Origin: Dickeya dadantii NCPPB 898
Lineage (GTDB): Bacteria > Pseudomonadota > Gammaproteobacteria > Enterobacterales > Enterobacteriaceae
NCBI RefSeq assembly: GCF_000406145.1
Contig: NZ_CM001976.1
Span: 4,177,472-4,209,471, forward strand
Length of the DNA: 32,000 nt
Reading direction: 5' to 3'
Position 1 is the first letter of the stretch, and every line of letters starts with the position of its first letter. The position numbers and the translations under genes are program-made. The notes below the pieces were generated by a model, which saw only the letters and a program-made list of their open reading frames with translations, was not told the DNA's origin and made no database searches. Positions 1-10,116 of the stretch are shown one piece after another.

Positions 1-229
1 ACGCTGGTTGCGCAATATCGCCGTCGCACTGGGCAACGCGCCCTACGAAGATCGGATCATTTTGGCGCTGCGGGGCCGGCTGGGGGAAAGCGCCTTGCTG
101 GACGAACATATTCATTGGGCCATCGACCAACAGCTAACCCGACGCGGTCAACAATCGGTTGACGTTCAACCGCCGCAAAAAAAACGGTTAATCCGCGCGA
201 TAGAGAAAGGTTTGCCGCGAGACGCCTGA
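1..229 (+). CDS. queG: 3' end of an upstream gene, probably epoxyqueuosine reductase QueG (partial; start lies outside the window)
   Basis: The frame is open from the window edge (phase of nt 2) to TGA at 227-229. The tail 'RNIAVALGNAPYEDRIILALRGRLGES' resembles the QueG/YjeS C-terminus as I remember it. Its convergent position next to tRNA-Gly(GCC) matches the queG-glyVXY neighbourhood in E. coli. Confidence 0.5.
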   Translation, partial: RWLRNIAVALGNAPYEDRIILALRGRLGESALLDEHIHWAIDQQLTRRGQQSVDVQPPQKKRLIRAIEKGLPRDA

Positions 230-511
230 AATTTTACGTTGCGATTGTTTGACGATACTGAACCATCCGTCTGTGGATAATTTTAAAAAAGCGTTGTCAA
301 TCAATCATCACAAAAAGTACAAGTGATCTGGATAGCGTTTTTTATCATAAATTTATCTTTTTATTTCAATATCTTGAAATAATATCTTCTTCGTGACATT
401 TCCGGGCAGGCGCAAATGGCCCGTTTTCAGGCTGTGGATAAGTCTGTTCAGAAAAGTATGAACATAAGCAGAAAAAGTGTATGACAATGAAGAAATGCAG
501 AAGTGTAAAAC

Positions 512-587
<76 letters not shown>

Positions 588-1094
588 ACACGCAACGATT
601 AAGTATTGACGCTTTTCCGCCAAACGCAAACTGACGTGATCACATTTTGCGCCACTTTTATGACAACACAGTTAACCTATTGATTTAACTGAATTTTAAA
701 AGTCATATCGCAGAGAGGGCAGCATTATGAACCAATCTTTCCCTTCTGACAAGGGGAGATAAACAATTTTCTTTGCACCGCACTGAGCCCGGTAAGTGGT
801 TTCACCCGTCAGCCATCACCGGTCCTTCCACACTCTGCCGATGACGCAAAAACGTATCCTGCCTGATTTTTGAAAATAAGGAAGCACGGTTTTATTTCAG
901 AACATTCTCCTATAAAGAGTAAACGATAAAAATTCTTATTATCGAATATGACAAATAGGAAAATCACCACTAAAAAAAGTCCGTCATTGCTGTAAAATAG
1001 TGACTTAACCTGTAAAATCGGGACAGTAAAAGATAGGTACTGAACATAGATGATGCAGGCGCATCTGCTTGATATATATAAAACCCATACAATT

Positions 1095-1132
1095 CAGAGC
1101 TTTGGCAACTGTGAGCCAAGGGCGGTAGCTTG
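1095..1132 (+). promoter_or_regulatory. JUMPStart element containing the ops site (RfaH recruitment) in the leader of the polysaccharide operon
   Basis: The sequence is cagagctttggcaactgtgagccaagGGCGGTAGCTTG. The last 12 nt (1121-1132) fit the ops consensus GGCGGTAGnnTG. The whole 38 nt closely resembles the canonical JUMPStart (CAGTGCTCTGGTAGCTGTAAAGCCAGGGGCGGTAGCGTG). It lies 73 nt upstream of the manC ATG. Confidence 0.85.
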
Positions 1133-1204
1133 TCTGAATTAATATATCCCCAAGCGATTCGAAAAACCCCTTTTCGAACGGAAAACAATCAAGGTCATTA
1201 CAAG

Positions 1205-2602
1205 ATGTTACTCCCCGTAATCATGGCTGGTGGTACAGGTAGTCGCCTGTGGCCGCTTTCACGTGAACTTTATCCCAAGCAGTTCATTTGTCTCCACGGT
1301 CAGAATTCCATGCTGCAGGAAACGGTTAACCGCCTGAGTGGTATTGAAACGCGAGCGCCTGTAGTTATCTGCAACGAAGAGCACCGTTTCCTGGTTGCGG
1401 AACAGTTGAGACAAATTAACCAGCTATCCAACAATATCATTCTGGAACCTGCGGGGCGCAATACTGCTCCAGCGATCGCGCTAGCCGCGCTGAACGCGAT
1501 CAGACAGGGAGAAGACCCGCTCCTATTAGTACTTGCCGCCGACCACATCATTGAAAATACAGCCGCATTTCACTCCTCCATCAAAAAAGCCATCGCCTAC
1601 GCCCAGAAAGGAAGTTTGGTCACGTTTGGTATCGTCCCTACCGGACCTGAAACCGGCTACGGATATATTCAGCGCGGCGAAAGACTACCCGGCGACGAAT
1701 CCTCGCCTCATAAGGTTTTACGGTTTGTTGAAAAACCAAGCCTCAAAATTGCAGAGGAATATTTGCAGTCGGGCGAATATTACTGGAATAGCGGCATGTT
1801 CATGTTCCGCGCCAAACGTTATTTACAGGAACTGGAAAAATTCCGTCCCGATATTTTGAAAGCGTGCCAGTTATCTATTGAGGGCGTTAGTCAGCAAGGG
1901 GACTTTATTAATGTCCAGACCGAGCACTTTATTACCTGCCCGGACGAGTCCATCGATTACGCGGTAATGGAAAAAACCGAAGACGCCGTTGTTGTTCCTT
2001 TAGACGCAGGATGGAGCGATGTCGGCTCCTGGTCGGCGCTGTGGGAAGTCAATGAAAAAGACGACGACGGCAACTCGCTGAAAGGCGACACCTTCCTGCA
2101 TAACACCAAGAACTGTTATATCAATACCGATGACCAACTGGTTGCCGCGATCGGCGTTGATAACCTGGTAATCGTCAATACCAAGGATGCCGTGCTGGTC
2201 GTCCAGAAAGACCAGGTTCAGGATGTAAAACGGGTGGTTGAATTCCTGAAAGAAAAATGCCGCCGCGAATACCGTCGTCACCGGGAAACTTACTGGCCCT
2301 GGGGACGTTGCGATCTGATTGTCCGCACTGACCGGTTTAACGTTAACCGCATTACCGTGAAACCCGGCGAATCATTCCCACTGCAAATGCATTATCACCG
2401 CACCGAGCACTGGGTCATTTTGTCCGGTACGGCCAAGGTGACTATTCAGGATAAAACTCAGCTATTAACTGAAAATCAATCCACTTTTATCCCCATTGGC
2501 GCTATGCATAAGCTTGAGAATCCTGGAAAGATCCCGCTGGAAATGCTGGAAATCCAGTCTGGTTCCTATTTGGGTGATGATGATTTTATTGAAATCAATT
2601 GA
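1205..2602 (+). CDS. manC: Bifunctional mannose-1-phosphate guanylyltransferase / mannose-6-phosphate isomerase (type II PMI-GMP)
   Basis: The N-terminus '[27 protein letters not shown]' is the nucleotidyltransferase signature. A C-terminal cupin region '[17 protein letters not shown]' is present. The start was moved from the TTG at 1130, which overlaps ops, to the ATG at 1205 to match ManC/CpsB N-termini. Confidence 0.93.
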   Translation: MLLPVIMAGGTGSRLWPLSRELYPKQFICLHGQNSMLQETVNRLSGIETRAPVVICNEEHRFLVAEQLRQINQLSNNIILEPAGRNTAPAIALAALNAIRQGEDPLLLVLAADHIIENTAAFHSSIKKAIAYAQKGSLVTFGIVPTGPETGYGYIQRGERLPGDESSPHKVLRFVEKPSLKIAEEYLQSGEYYWNSGMFMFRAKRYLQELEKFRPDILKACQLSIEGVSQQGDFINVQTEHFITCPDESIDYAVMEKTEDAVVVPLDAGWSDVGSWSALWEVNEKDDDGNSLKGDTFLHNTKNCYINTDDQLVAAIGVDNLVIVNTKDAVLVVQKDQVQDVKRVVEFLKEKCRREYRRHRETYWPWGRCDLIVRTDRFNVNRITVKPGESFPLQMHYHRTEHWVILSGTAKVTIQDKTQLLTENQSTFIPIGAMHKLENPGKIPLEMLEIQSGSYLGDDDFIEIN

Positions 2603-2626
2603 TAATCAAAATTTCAGAAGGGATAT

Positions 2627-4000
2627 ATGTCAGCATTAACGTGTTTCAAAGCCTATGATATTCGCGGTGAATTAGGCAAAGAGTTGAATGAGGATATCGC
2701 TTATCGCATCGGCCGAGCCTATGGGCAATTTCTTTCACCGAAAACGGTAGTCGTAGGCGGAGATGTTCGTCTAACCAGCGAATCCCTGAAAATGGCGCTG
2801 GCAAACGGATTAATGGACTCCGGCACCGATGTGCTGGATATAGGGTTAAGCGGCACGGAAGAAGTGTATTTCACTACCTTCCACCTGAATCTTGATGGTG
2901 GTATTGAAGTCACGGCCAGCCATAATCCAATGAATTACAACGGCATGAAATTAGTCCGAGATAATGCGAAGCCGATCAGCGGCGACACTGGGCTACGAGA
3001 TATTCAACGGCTTGCGGAAGAAAACACCTTCCCTGCGGTTGATCCGCAAAAACGCGGTTCTTATAAGAAGATCGATATACTGAATGCGTACGTCGATCAT
3101 CTAATGAGCTATATCGACCTCAATAATTTTACGCAGCCGTTCAAGCTGGTAATCAACTCAGGCAATGGCGCCGCCGGTCATGTTATCGATGAGATCGAGA
3201 AACGATTCAAGCAAGCCAATGCTCCGGTTGAATTTATCAAGGTACACCATCAGGCGGATGGTAATTTCCCTAATGGTATCCCGAACCCTCTTCTGCCTGA
3301 ATGCCGTAAAGATACGTCTGATGCCATGCTCAAGCATAATGCGGATATGGGCGTTGCGTTCGACGGAGATTTTGATCGCTGCTTCCTTTATGATAATCAT
3401 GCCGAGTTTATCGAGGGTTACTACATTGTCGGTTTACTCGCCGAAGCCTTTCTGCAGAAAGAATCTGGCGCAAAAATCATCCATGACCCACGCCTGACCT
3501 GGAATACGATTGATATCGTGAAGAGGGCTGGCGGTGTTCCCGTCATGTCAAAAACCGGCCATGCGTTCATCAAAGAACGGATGCGCAGCGAAAACGCCAT
3601 TTATGGCGGCGAAATGAGCGCACACCACTACTTCAGAGATTTCGCCTACTGCGATAGCGGTATGATTCCCTGGTTGCTGGTCGCGGAATTACTGTGTATT
3701 AAAAAAACCACGCTTTCAGACACCCTGAATGAAAGAGTGAATTTATTCCCGTGCAGCGGGGAAATAAATTATCGTGTTGAGAATGCAAAAGAAGTCCTGT
3801 CCCGGATTGAAGAAGTTTATGTGGGTAACGCCAAGCGCGCAGAATATGTTGATGGAGTGAGTATTGAATATGAGGATTTTAGATTCAATGTCCGAGTTTC
3901 CAACACTGAACCGCTTCTGAGACTGAATGTAGAAACCAACAACAGCAGCGAGTTACTGCGTGCCGAAGTTGAAAAGCTAGATAAAATTATTAAATCTTAA
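2627..4000 (+). CDS. manB: Phosphomannomutase
   Basis: 'FKAYDIRG' is at the N-terminus. The active-site loop '[13 protein letters not shown]' and the metal site 'FDGDFDRC' are present. Length is 457 aa, and the gene sits between manC and gmd. Confidence 0.93.
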   Translation: MSALTCFKAYDIRGELGKELNEDIAYRIGRAYGQFLSPKTVVVGGDVRLTSESLKMALANGLMDSGTDVLDIGLSGTEEVYFTTFHLNLDGGIEVTASHNPMNYNGMKLVRDNAKPISGDTGLRDIQRLAEENTFPAVDPQKRGSYKKIDILNAYVDHLMSYIDLNNFTQPFKLVINSGNGAAGHVIDEIEKRFKQANAPVEFIKVHHQADGNFPNGIPNPLLPECRKDTSDAMLKHNADMGVAFDGDFDRCFLYDNHAEFIEGYYIVGLLAEAFLQKESGAKIIHDPRLTWNTIDIVKRAGGVPVMSKTGHAFIKERMRSENAIYGGEMSAHHYFRDFAYCDSGMIPWLLVAELLCIKKTTLSDTLNERVNLFPCSGEINYRVENAKEVLSRIEEVYVGNAKRAEYVDGVSIEYEDFRFNVRVSNTEPLLRLNVETNNSSELLRAEVEKLDKIIKS

Positions 4001-4035
4001 TATCAAGACAGTAAAATAATATTGGAGAGTTATAG

Positions 4036-5154
4036 ATGAAGAAAGTTGCTTTGATTTCCGGTGTAACAGGGCAGGATGGTTCTTATCTTGCTGAGTTCCT
4101 TTTGGAAAAAGGTTACGAAGTTCACGGTATTAAGCGCCGTTCATCACTATTTAATACACAGCGTGTTGACCATTTGTATCAGGATCCGCATGAAGAGAAT
4201 GTAAAATTCAACCTTCATTATGGCGATCTGACTGATACCTCCAACCTGACTCGTATTATTGCTGAAGTTCAGCCTGACGAAATTTACAACCTGGGCGCAC
4301 AGTCACACGTTGCAGTCAGCTTCGAATCCCCGGAATACACCGCGGATGTTGATGCTATCGGTACGCTTCGCCTGCTGGAATCTATCCGTTTCCTGGGCCT
4401 GGCCAACAAGACCCGTTTTTATCAGGCATCAACTTCTGAACTGTATGGTCTGGTGCAGGAAATCCCGCAGAAAGAAACCACGCCGTTCTACCCGAGAAGC
4501 CCGTACGCCGTAGCTAAAATGTACGCTTACTGGATTACAGTAAACTACAGAGAATCCTATGGTATGTACGCCTGTAACGGCATCCTCTTCAACCATGAAT
4601 CTCCGCGTCGCGGCGAAACGTTTGTGACCCGTAAAATCACACGCGGCCTGTCCAACATCGCACAAGGCCTGGAAAAATGCATTTACATGGGCAACCTCGA
4701 TTCTCTGCGCGACTGGGGTCACGCTCGTGACTACGTCAAAATGCAGTGGATGATGCTGCAGCAGGAAAAACCGGAAGACTTCGTCATCGCGACCGGCGTT
4801 CAGTATAGCGTACGTGACTTCATCAGAATGTCTGCCGCCAAACTGGGTATTGAACTGGAATTCACCGGTACTGGCGTCAACGAAAAAGCGGTAGTATCCA
4901 AAATCACGGGCAATAATGCGCCGGCACTGAAAGTAGGTGATGTGATCGTGGCTGTCGACCCGCGTTACTTCCGTCCTGCCGAAGTAGATACGCTGCTGGG
5001 TGACCCGAGCAAAGCGAAAAATGTACTGGGCTGGGTACCGGAAACGACACTGGAAGAAATGATCGATGAAATGGTCGCTTATGACCTGGAAAAAGCTAAG
5101 CAATTCGCTTTGCTGAAATCCAACGGTTACGATGTAAGCGTAAGCGTAGAATAA
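4036..5154 (+). CDS. gmd: GDP-mannose 4,6-dehydratase
   Basis: '[33 protein letters not shown]', '[10 protein letters not shown]' (YxxxK) and '[17 protein letters not shown]' are near-canonical Gmd motifs. An RBS GGAGAG lies upstream. Confidence 0.95.
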   Translation: MKKVALISGVTGQDGSYLAEFLLEKGYEVHGIKRRSSLFNTQRVDHLYQDPHEENVKFNLHYGDLTDTSNLTRIIAEVQPDEIYNLGAQSHVAVSFESPEYTADVDAIGTLRLLESIRFLGLANKTRFYQASTSELYGLVQEIPQKETTPFYPRSPYAVAKMYAYWITVNYRESYGMYACNGILFNHESPRRGETFVTRKITRGLSNIAQGLEKCIYMGNLDSLRDWGHARDYVKMQWMMLQQEKPEDFVIATGVQYSVRDFIRMSAAKLGIELEFTGTGVNEKAVVSKITGNNAPALKVGDVIVAVDPRYFRPAEVDTLLGDPSKAKNVLGWVPETTLEEMIDEMVAYDLEKAKQFALLKSNGYDVSVSVE

Positions 5155-5170
5155 CTCGATACAACAAATT

Positions 5171-5200
5171 AAAAGAGCTGTATTAATCAGCTCTTTTATT
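5171..5200 (+). terminator. Intrinsic-terminator-like hairpin inside the operon, between gmd and wzm
   Basis: A perfect 10-bp stem aaaagagctg / cagctctttt (5171-5180 and 5188-5197) has a 7-nt loop and is followed by att. The U-run is partly inside the stem, and the stem is only moderately GC-rich. Confidence 0.45.
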
Positions 5201-5218
5201 AATTTGGGCACTTCTTAC

Positions 5219-5992
5219 ATGTTAAATGACTTAAAATCAGCGTTAAAGAACCCGGAGTCGTGGGTAGTTTTATCCTGGTATGATATTAAGCAGAGATATA
5301 AACGCTCAACGCTAGGCCCTTTTTGGGTAACAATCAGCACTGCTATTCTGGTAGGGATGTTGAGCTTATTGTGGTCAACTCTCTTTAAGTTAGATGTAAA
5401 AGATTACCTCCCTTTCTTCTGTATAGGTCAGGTATTCTGGACATATATCTCTACCCAACTGACCGAAGCCAGTAACGGTTTTATTCAGTTTGATTATATA
5501 ATCCGCCAGTCGAAAATATCTTTCACATCAATAATGTTAAGAATACTAAGTAGAAACATTATTGTTTTCCTTCACAACTTCATCATTATTATTTTTGTTA
5601 TTACCTTTGTCGGTCCGGGATGGACTGTTACTGCCCTGCTATCCATTATAGGGTTTGTATTGTTATCAGTGGCATTAGTCTCAAGCTCTCTGATATTAGG
5701 TATCATATGTACCCGATTCAGAGATATGCAGATGATTATTCAAAACATCCTGTTAGTCAGTTTCTACTTTACTCCAATTATGTGGAAAACAGATCAACTG
5801 AATGAACAATGGCTTTATTGGGTTCAATTCAATCCATTAGTTCATTTTTTTAATATCATCCGTGAGCCCATGCTTGGTCATTTGCCAGATCAGAACTCAA
5901 TGATTATCGCAACCGCAATAACTGTTGTTCTGTTTATACTGTCAATGATAACTCTCAATAAGACTAAAACCAAGATTGCGTACTGGCTTTAA
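5219..5992 (+). CDS. wzm: O-antigen/polysaccharide ABC-2 transporter permease
   Basis: The protein is polytopic and hydrophobic with an N-terminal 'DIKQRYKRSTLGPFWVTIS' motif typical of Wzm/ABC-2 permeases. It lies immediately upstream of the ATPase. The start is taken at ATG 5219 rather than TTG 5204, and the RBS is weak. Confidence 0.85.
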   Translation: MLNDLKSALKNPESWVVLSWYDIKQRYKRSTLGPFWVTISTAILVGMLSLLWSTLFKLDVKDYLPFFCIGQVFWTYISTQLTEASNGFIQFDYIIRQSKISFTSIMLRILSRNIIVFLHNFIIIIFVITFVGPGWTVTALLSIIGFVLLSVALVSSSLILGIICTRFRDMQMIIQNILLVSFYFTPIMWKTDQLNEQWLYWVQFNPLVHFFNIIREPMLGHLPDQNSMIIATAITVVLFILSMITLNKTKTKIAYWL

Positions 5993-5995
5993 TAT

Positions 5996-6727
5996 ATGAA
6001 GAAAATAATTGAGGCGGTAAACGTCAGCGTTGAGTTTCCAATATATTCATCATCCCAGCGCAGCCTGAAAAAGATGATTTTCAAGCGTACCGTTGGGGGT
6101 GGATTCACCGATAACACAAGTTATGTCACGGTTAAGGCCCTGAATAACGTCTCCTTTGATGTGCATGAAGGCGAACGGGTCGCGCTGATAGGGCATAACG
6201 GTGCAGGGAAAACTACGCTGTTACGAGTTCTGGCCGGTGTCTATCACCCCTCTTCCGGCGCTATCAATATTGCAGGGGAGGTTGTCTCCCTCATCGATAT
6301 GGCAATGGGAATGGACAGTGAAGCAACGGGATACCAGAATATTTATATACGAGGAATCCTGCTTGGTTTGAAAAGAAAAGAAATTGCCAAGCATATCGAT
6401 TACATTATCGAATTCAGTGAACTCGGTGATTATATCAACCTCCCCGTCAGAACCTATTCCAGTGGTATGCTGTTACGTCTTGCCTTCTCTATCATCTCTA
6501 TCCTGAAACCCAGTGTTCTGCTGATGGATGAATGGCTGACCGTTGGCGATACCTATTTCAGAGAGAAAATGGGGAAAAAACTGGAGGAGATGATCAACAA
6601 TACATCTGTTCTGGTACTGGCCTCTCACTCTAAAGATATTATCAAAAAATACTGTAATAGGTTCTTCTTACTACAGAACGGAAGTATTACAGAACTGGCA
6701 CTCTCTGATTTAGATAATTATCTATAA
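5996..6727 (+). CDS. wzt: O-antigen/polysaccharide ABC transporter ATP-binding protein, short form without a C-terminal carbohydrate-binding domain
   Basis: Walker A is 'GHNGAGKTT', the signature is '[11 protein letters not shown]' and Walker B is 'LLMDEW'. At 243 aa it has the nucleotide-binding domain only. Confidence 0.88.
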   Translation: MKKIIEAVNVSVEFPIYSSSQRSLKKMIFKRTVGGGFTDNTSYVTVKALNNVSFDVHEGERVALIGHNGAGKTTLLRVLAGVYHPSSGAINIAGEVVSLIDMAMGMDSEATGYQNIYIRGILLGLKRKEIAKHIDYIIEFSELGDYINLPVRTYSSGMLLRLAFSIISILKPSVLLMDEWLTVGDTYFREKMGKKLEEMINNTSVLVLASHSKDIIKKYCNRFFLLQNGSITELALSDLDNYL

Positions 6728-6737
6728 TGGTGAATAA

Positions 6738-7676
6738 ATGGAAAGGAAGAGCAAGATTTTAATCACTGGCGCAGGCGGTGTCTTAGGATATGGCTTAACC
6801 GATGCGCTGGCAAAAAATGGTTATGATAATGTACTTACCCCAAATAGAGATGAGATGAACTGCCTGAGTCAGGAAAGTGTTGATGATTATTTCAACCAAC
6901 ACCAACCTGATTATGTTTTCCATCTGGCATCGCTTGTATTCGGTTTGAAAGGGAATCTAGATAACCAGCTAAAATCGATATCCAACAATACCATTATCAA
7001 CCAGAACGTTATCCTGGCCTGCCATAAGTTTAACGTAAAGAAAATCTTCTTTGCTGGTACCGTCGCCTCTTATCCTTTCCCGTATGTTCAGCTACCATTG
7101 GATGAAGGCGATTTGATGTTGGGTGAGCCTCATGGGGGCGAGTATGGCTATGCCATGTCCAAACGACATGCTCTGGCTTACCTTAAGATATTGAACCAGT
7201 ATCATAATGTTGATTATTGTTATGCCCTGTTCACCAATCTGTTTGGCGCAAACGATAAGTTTGATCCAATCAATGGACATGTCATTCCTTCATTGATCGA
7301 TAAAACATACAACAGTTTGCTACGCGGTGATAACCAACTGACAGTATGGGGTAGACCTGAAACGACACGAGATTTCCTATACAATAAGCAGGCTGGTCTG
7401 GCAGCGCTACACGTCATGAATAACCTGAGTGGTGTGGTCAATATTGCCAGCGGCGTAGAAACGTCAATGGGAGATATCGTGAACGCGATTGCCCGTTATT
7501 ATGATAACAAAATAACGGCAGTGTGGGACGCGAACGCTCCGATCGGAATTCCGAAAAGAAGTGTATCAATAAAGCGCTTGAATGATTCAGGCTTTCAACC
7601 AGAGTTTGATTTAAACCTGCAAATCTCAGATACAATTTCTTGGTATGAGAACAATATTTCCAGGATAAGAAAATGA
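6738..7676 (+). CDS. GDP-4-keto-6-deoxy-D-mannose epimerase/reductase of the GDP-L-fucose synthase (Fcl/WcaG) family; product sugar uncertain
   Basis: The protein aligns by eye with E. coli Fcl along its whole length: 'ILITGAGGVLG', 'RDEMNCL', 'YAMSK' (YxxxK), 'NLFGANDKFDPINGHVIPSLI' and 'VWGRPETTRDFLY'. The segment 'KIFFAGTVASYP' aligns with Fcl 'KLLFLGSSCIYP', which puts Ala where Fcl has Cys109. Confidence 0.8.
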   Translation: MERKSKILITGAGGVLGYGLTDALAKNGYDNVLTPNRDEMNCLSQESVDDYFNQHQPDYVFHLASLVFGLKGNLDNQLKSISNNTIINQNVILACHKFNVKKIFFAGTVASYPFPYVQLPLDEGDLMLGEPHGGEYGYAMSKRHALAYLKILNQYHNVDYCYALFTNLFGANDKFDPINGHVIPSLIDKTYNSLLRGDNQLTVWGRPETTRDFLYNKQAGLAALHVMNNLSGVVNIASGVETSMGDIVNAIARYYDNKITAVWDANAPIGIPKRSVSIKRLNDSGFQPEFDLNLQISDTISWYENNISRIRK

Positions 7677-8872
7677 AAAAAATAGCTATAATTTCCAGCT
7701 TCTCCGAAAGCTGTGGCAACGCTTATTTTACAAGAATTTTGATGGACTCCATGACAGATGCTGGTGTTCAGGTTGAGTGTCTCAGCTTAAACTTATTGTT
7801 AACTCAATCTGTTAACCCTGAGGTCAGAAAGAAAGCCGACAAACATATCGACGATCTGTGTGAAAAACTCAAACAGTTTGACGGTGTAAATATTCAGTTT
7901 GAAGCCGGGCTCTATGGCACTATCCCGTCCGATATCATCAAACGCACATTAAAGCTGGTTTCCGCCAACCCGCACACCAGCGTGACGCTGCATAGCCCAA
8001 GACTGGTTAGCGATAGCGCGTCACAGCGCGAAGCCATTAAACAGGCGCTCAAGCTACGTATCAAAACAGCCATCAGGATGTATTTCGCCGAACTCAGACG
8101 TAATGTGTCGACCCGTCTGAATGCGACCATTATCAAAAACCTGATCAAGAGAAGAATCAATATTATCGCTCATACTTTAAGAGCGAAGGAACAGATTGAA
8201 TTATTCTTCAATTACGACAACGTTCATGTACATCCGTTGAAAATCGTGGATGAATCACATGAAACATCGCCGGACCTCCTGAAGGCGATTAGAGTAAAAT
8301 ATAAATTCCGTGAGAATGATAAAATCATCGGTATGTTTGGCTTTGTGAATGAATACAAAGGCCACTCAATGGCGATTAAGACGTTATCCTGCATGCCGAA
8401 AGGTTATAAATTAATGATCTTTGGCAGACAGCACCCTCAGACGATCAAGAATAACGAACTGGTTAACCATTATATTTCATCACTTCAGCATCAGATTCAT
8501 TGTGATAAAGTCGCGGATCGCGTTTTCTTCATGGGTGAATACGATAACGAAGATTTTATCAACCTTGCAGGATCGGTTGACTACGTTTGGCTACCCTATG
8601 TAGAAAACGGCCAGGATGGTTCAGGTATCGCGTCCATTTGTATGGACGTATCCAAACAAGTGCTGTGCTCTTCGTCATTTGCATTTGATGAATTATTCCG
8701 CCTAATTCCAGATTACAGCAACTATTCGCGATTCGATATCGGTAACTATTTGGAACTGGCAACCAAAACAACGCGCTTTATTCCTGCCAAGCCTAAGCAA
8801 GCATCATCCGGAGAGAAGAAATATACTCTACGGTCTCAGGCCGAGCTTTATATCAAGCTGTCGACAGAATAA
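7673..8872 (+). CDS. Putative glycosyltransferase (divergent GT-B/GT4-like)
   Basis: The start is coupled to the upstream gene by an ATGA overlap at 7673-7676. The N-terminus 'KIAIISSFSESCGNAYFT' and the C-terminal segment 'ENGQDGSGIASICMDVSKQVLCSS' loosely resemble GT4 donor-binding regions, and the gene sits in a glycan operon. No canonical ExFG/EX7E motif is visible, so the call is weak. Confidence 0.5.
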   Translation: MKKIAIISSFSESCGNAYFTRILMDSMTDAGVQVECLSLNLLLTQSVNPEVRKKADKHIDDLCEKLKQFDGVNIQFEAGLYGTIPSDIIKRTLKLVSANPHTSVTLHSPRLVSDSASQREAIKQALKLRIKTAIRMYFAELRRNVSTRLNATIIKNLIKRRINIIAHTLRAKEQIELFFNYDNVHVHPLKIVDESHETSPDLLKAIRVKYKFRENDKIIGMFGFVNEYKGHSMAIKTLSCMPKGYKLMIFGRQHPQTIKNNELVNHYISSLQHQIHCDKVADRVFFMGEYDNEDFINLAGSVDYVWLPYVENGQDGSGIASICMDVSKQVLCSSSFAFDELFRLIPDYSNYSRFDIGNYLELATKTTRFIPAKPKQASSGEKKYTLRSQAELYIKLSTE

Positions 8873-8879
8873 AGCGAAA

Positions 8880-8914
8880 GAGCCGTCTCTTGGTGAGGCG
8901 GCTCATCATTTTCT
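8880..8914 (+). terminator. Second terminator-like hairpin inside the operon, before the last glycosyltransferase
   Basis: The stem gagccgtc / ggcggctc (8880-8887 and 8897-8904) is 8 bp with one G-U pair and a 9-nt loop. It is followed by atcattttct. Confidence 0.35.
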
Positions 8915-8923
8915 GGGAAAAAC

Positions 8924-10051
8924 ATGATTAACGTTCTGCATTTTTATAAAACGTACTACCCCTACACTTATGGTGGAATTGAGCAGGTTATATTTCAACT
9001 TTGTGAGGGTGCGGCTCATCATGGCGTTAACTCAACGGTTGAGTATATTGCTCCCAATAAAGACAGTGATATAGAACAGTTTCACCACCATAACGTCACC
9101 TGCGACCATAAATTTTTCGAAATATCTTCTACCCCTTTTTCCTTATCATCGATAAGAAAATTCAAAAAGCTGGCGGAATCCGCAGATATCATTCATTACC
9201 ATTTCCCTTATCCCTTTGCGGATATGCTGCATTTTATCTGCAAAATTAAAAAGCCGACAGTCGTCAGCTATCACTCTGATATTCTGAAACAAAAGTATTT
9301 ACTGAAATTGTACAAGCCACTGATGTACAATTTTCTGGATTCGGTGACATCGATTGTAGCAACGTCGCCAAACTATCTGGCTACCAGCGAGACACTGCAA
9401 AAATTCAGCCATAAAACCTCGGTGATTCCTATTGGTCTGGATGCTCGCTCTCATCAGGTTATTGATAATGACAATAAGCTGAAATGGCAAAAAATCCTCC
9501 CCGAACGCTTTCTGCTGTTTATCGGAAATCTACGGTATTACAAAGGTCTGGGCACACTTTTAGATGCCATAGAGAATAGCCCGGAAATAAAAATTGTTAT
9601 TATTGGATCCGGGCCTCAGGAAAAGCAGTTAAAAGAACAGGTCTCAAGAAAAAACATTGAGAATGTCTATTTTCTTGGTGCACTGCCTGATAATGATAAA
9701 AACACATTACTTGCACTTTGTTCCGGCATTGTTTTTCCGTCTCAATTACGAACAGAAGCGTTTGGCATCACCCTGCTGGAAGGGGCAATGTATGGTAAAC
9801 CGCTGATCTCCTGTGAAATTGGCACCGGTACATCTTTTATTAATATTGATCGTCAAACCGGGATTGTCGTGCCGCCATCGGATCCGGCAAAACTGCGTGA
9901 AGCGATGGAATATCTGTGGGTGAACCCGGAGAAAGCACAGGAAATGGGCATGAACGCCCAAAAACGATTCCACGAGTTATTCACGGCTGAAAAAATGGTG
10001 AATGACTACGTCGCCCTTTACAAAAAACTTCTGCATAGGGAGCACGCCTAG
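8924..10051 (+). CDS. Family 4 (GT-B) glycosyltransferase, WbpZ/mannosyl- or 6-deoxyhexosyl-transferase-like
   Basis: It has the typical GT4 C-terminal motif 'TEAFGITLLEGAMYGKPLISCEIGTGTSFI' and the N-terminus 'INVLHFYKTYYPYTYGGIEQV'. Length is 375 aa. Confidence 0.85.
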   Translation: MINVLHFYKTYYPYTYGGIEQVIFQLCEGAAHHGVNSTVEYIAPNKDSDIEQFHHHNVTCDHKFFEISSTPFSLSSIRKFKKLAESADIIHYHFPYPFADMLHFICKIKKPTVVSYHSDILKQKYLLKLYKPLMYNFLDSVTSIVATSPNYLATSETLQKFSHKTSVIPIGLDARSHQVIDNDNKLKWQKILPERFLLFIGNLRYYKGLGTLLDAIENSPEIKIVIIGSGPQEKQLKEQVSRKNIENVYFLGALPDNDKNTLLALCSGIVFPSQLRTEAFGITLLEGAMYGKPLISCEIGTGTSFINIDRQTGIVVPPSDPAKLREAMEYLWVNPEKAQEMGMNAQKRFHELFTAEKMVNDYVALYKKLLHREHA

Positions 10052-10063
10052 TCATCCCCCTAT

Positions 10064-10097
10064 TTATGGCGGCAAGGATGTTATGGCGGCAAGGATG
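10064..10097. repeat. Perfect 17-bp tandem duplication (ttatggcggcaaggatg x2) at the AT-rich/GC-rich transition
   Basis: Read directly from the sequence: 10064-10080 is identical to 10081-10097. Confidence 0.9.
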
Positions 10098-10116
10098 CCT
10101 GATTTCCGCTTTATTA

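Noticed and set aside
1040-1094. A precise sigma70 promoter call for the polysaccharide operon (TTGATA at 1069-1074, TACAAT at 1088-1093, TAAAAT motifs at about 993 and 1014)
   Set aside because: No -35/-10 pair has acceptable 16-18 bp spacing. A promoter is expected upstream of ops but cannot be placed by eye.
1130-1204. TTG-initiated 25-codon N-terminal extension of manC
   Set aside because: It would start inside the ops element, and ManC homologues begin at the 'M..P.IMAGG.GSRLWP' motif. ATG 1205 is used instead.
4429-5211. 260-aa minus-strand ORF opposite gmd
   Set aside because: gmd on the plus strand is unambiguous. The antisense translation has no recognisable features.
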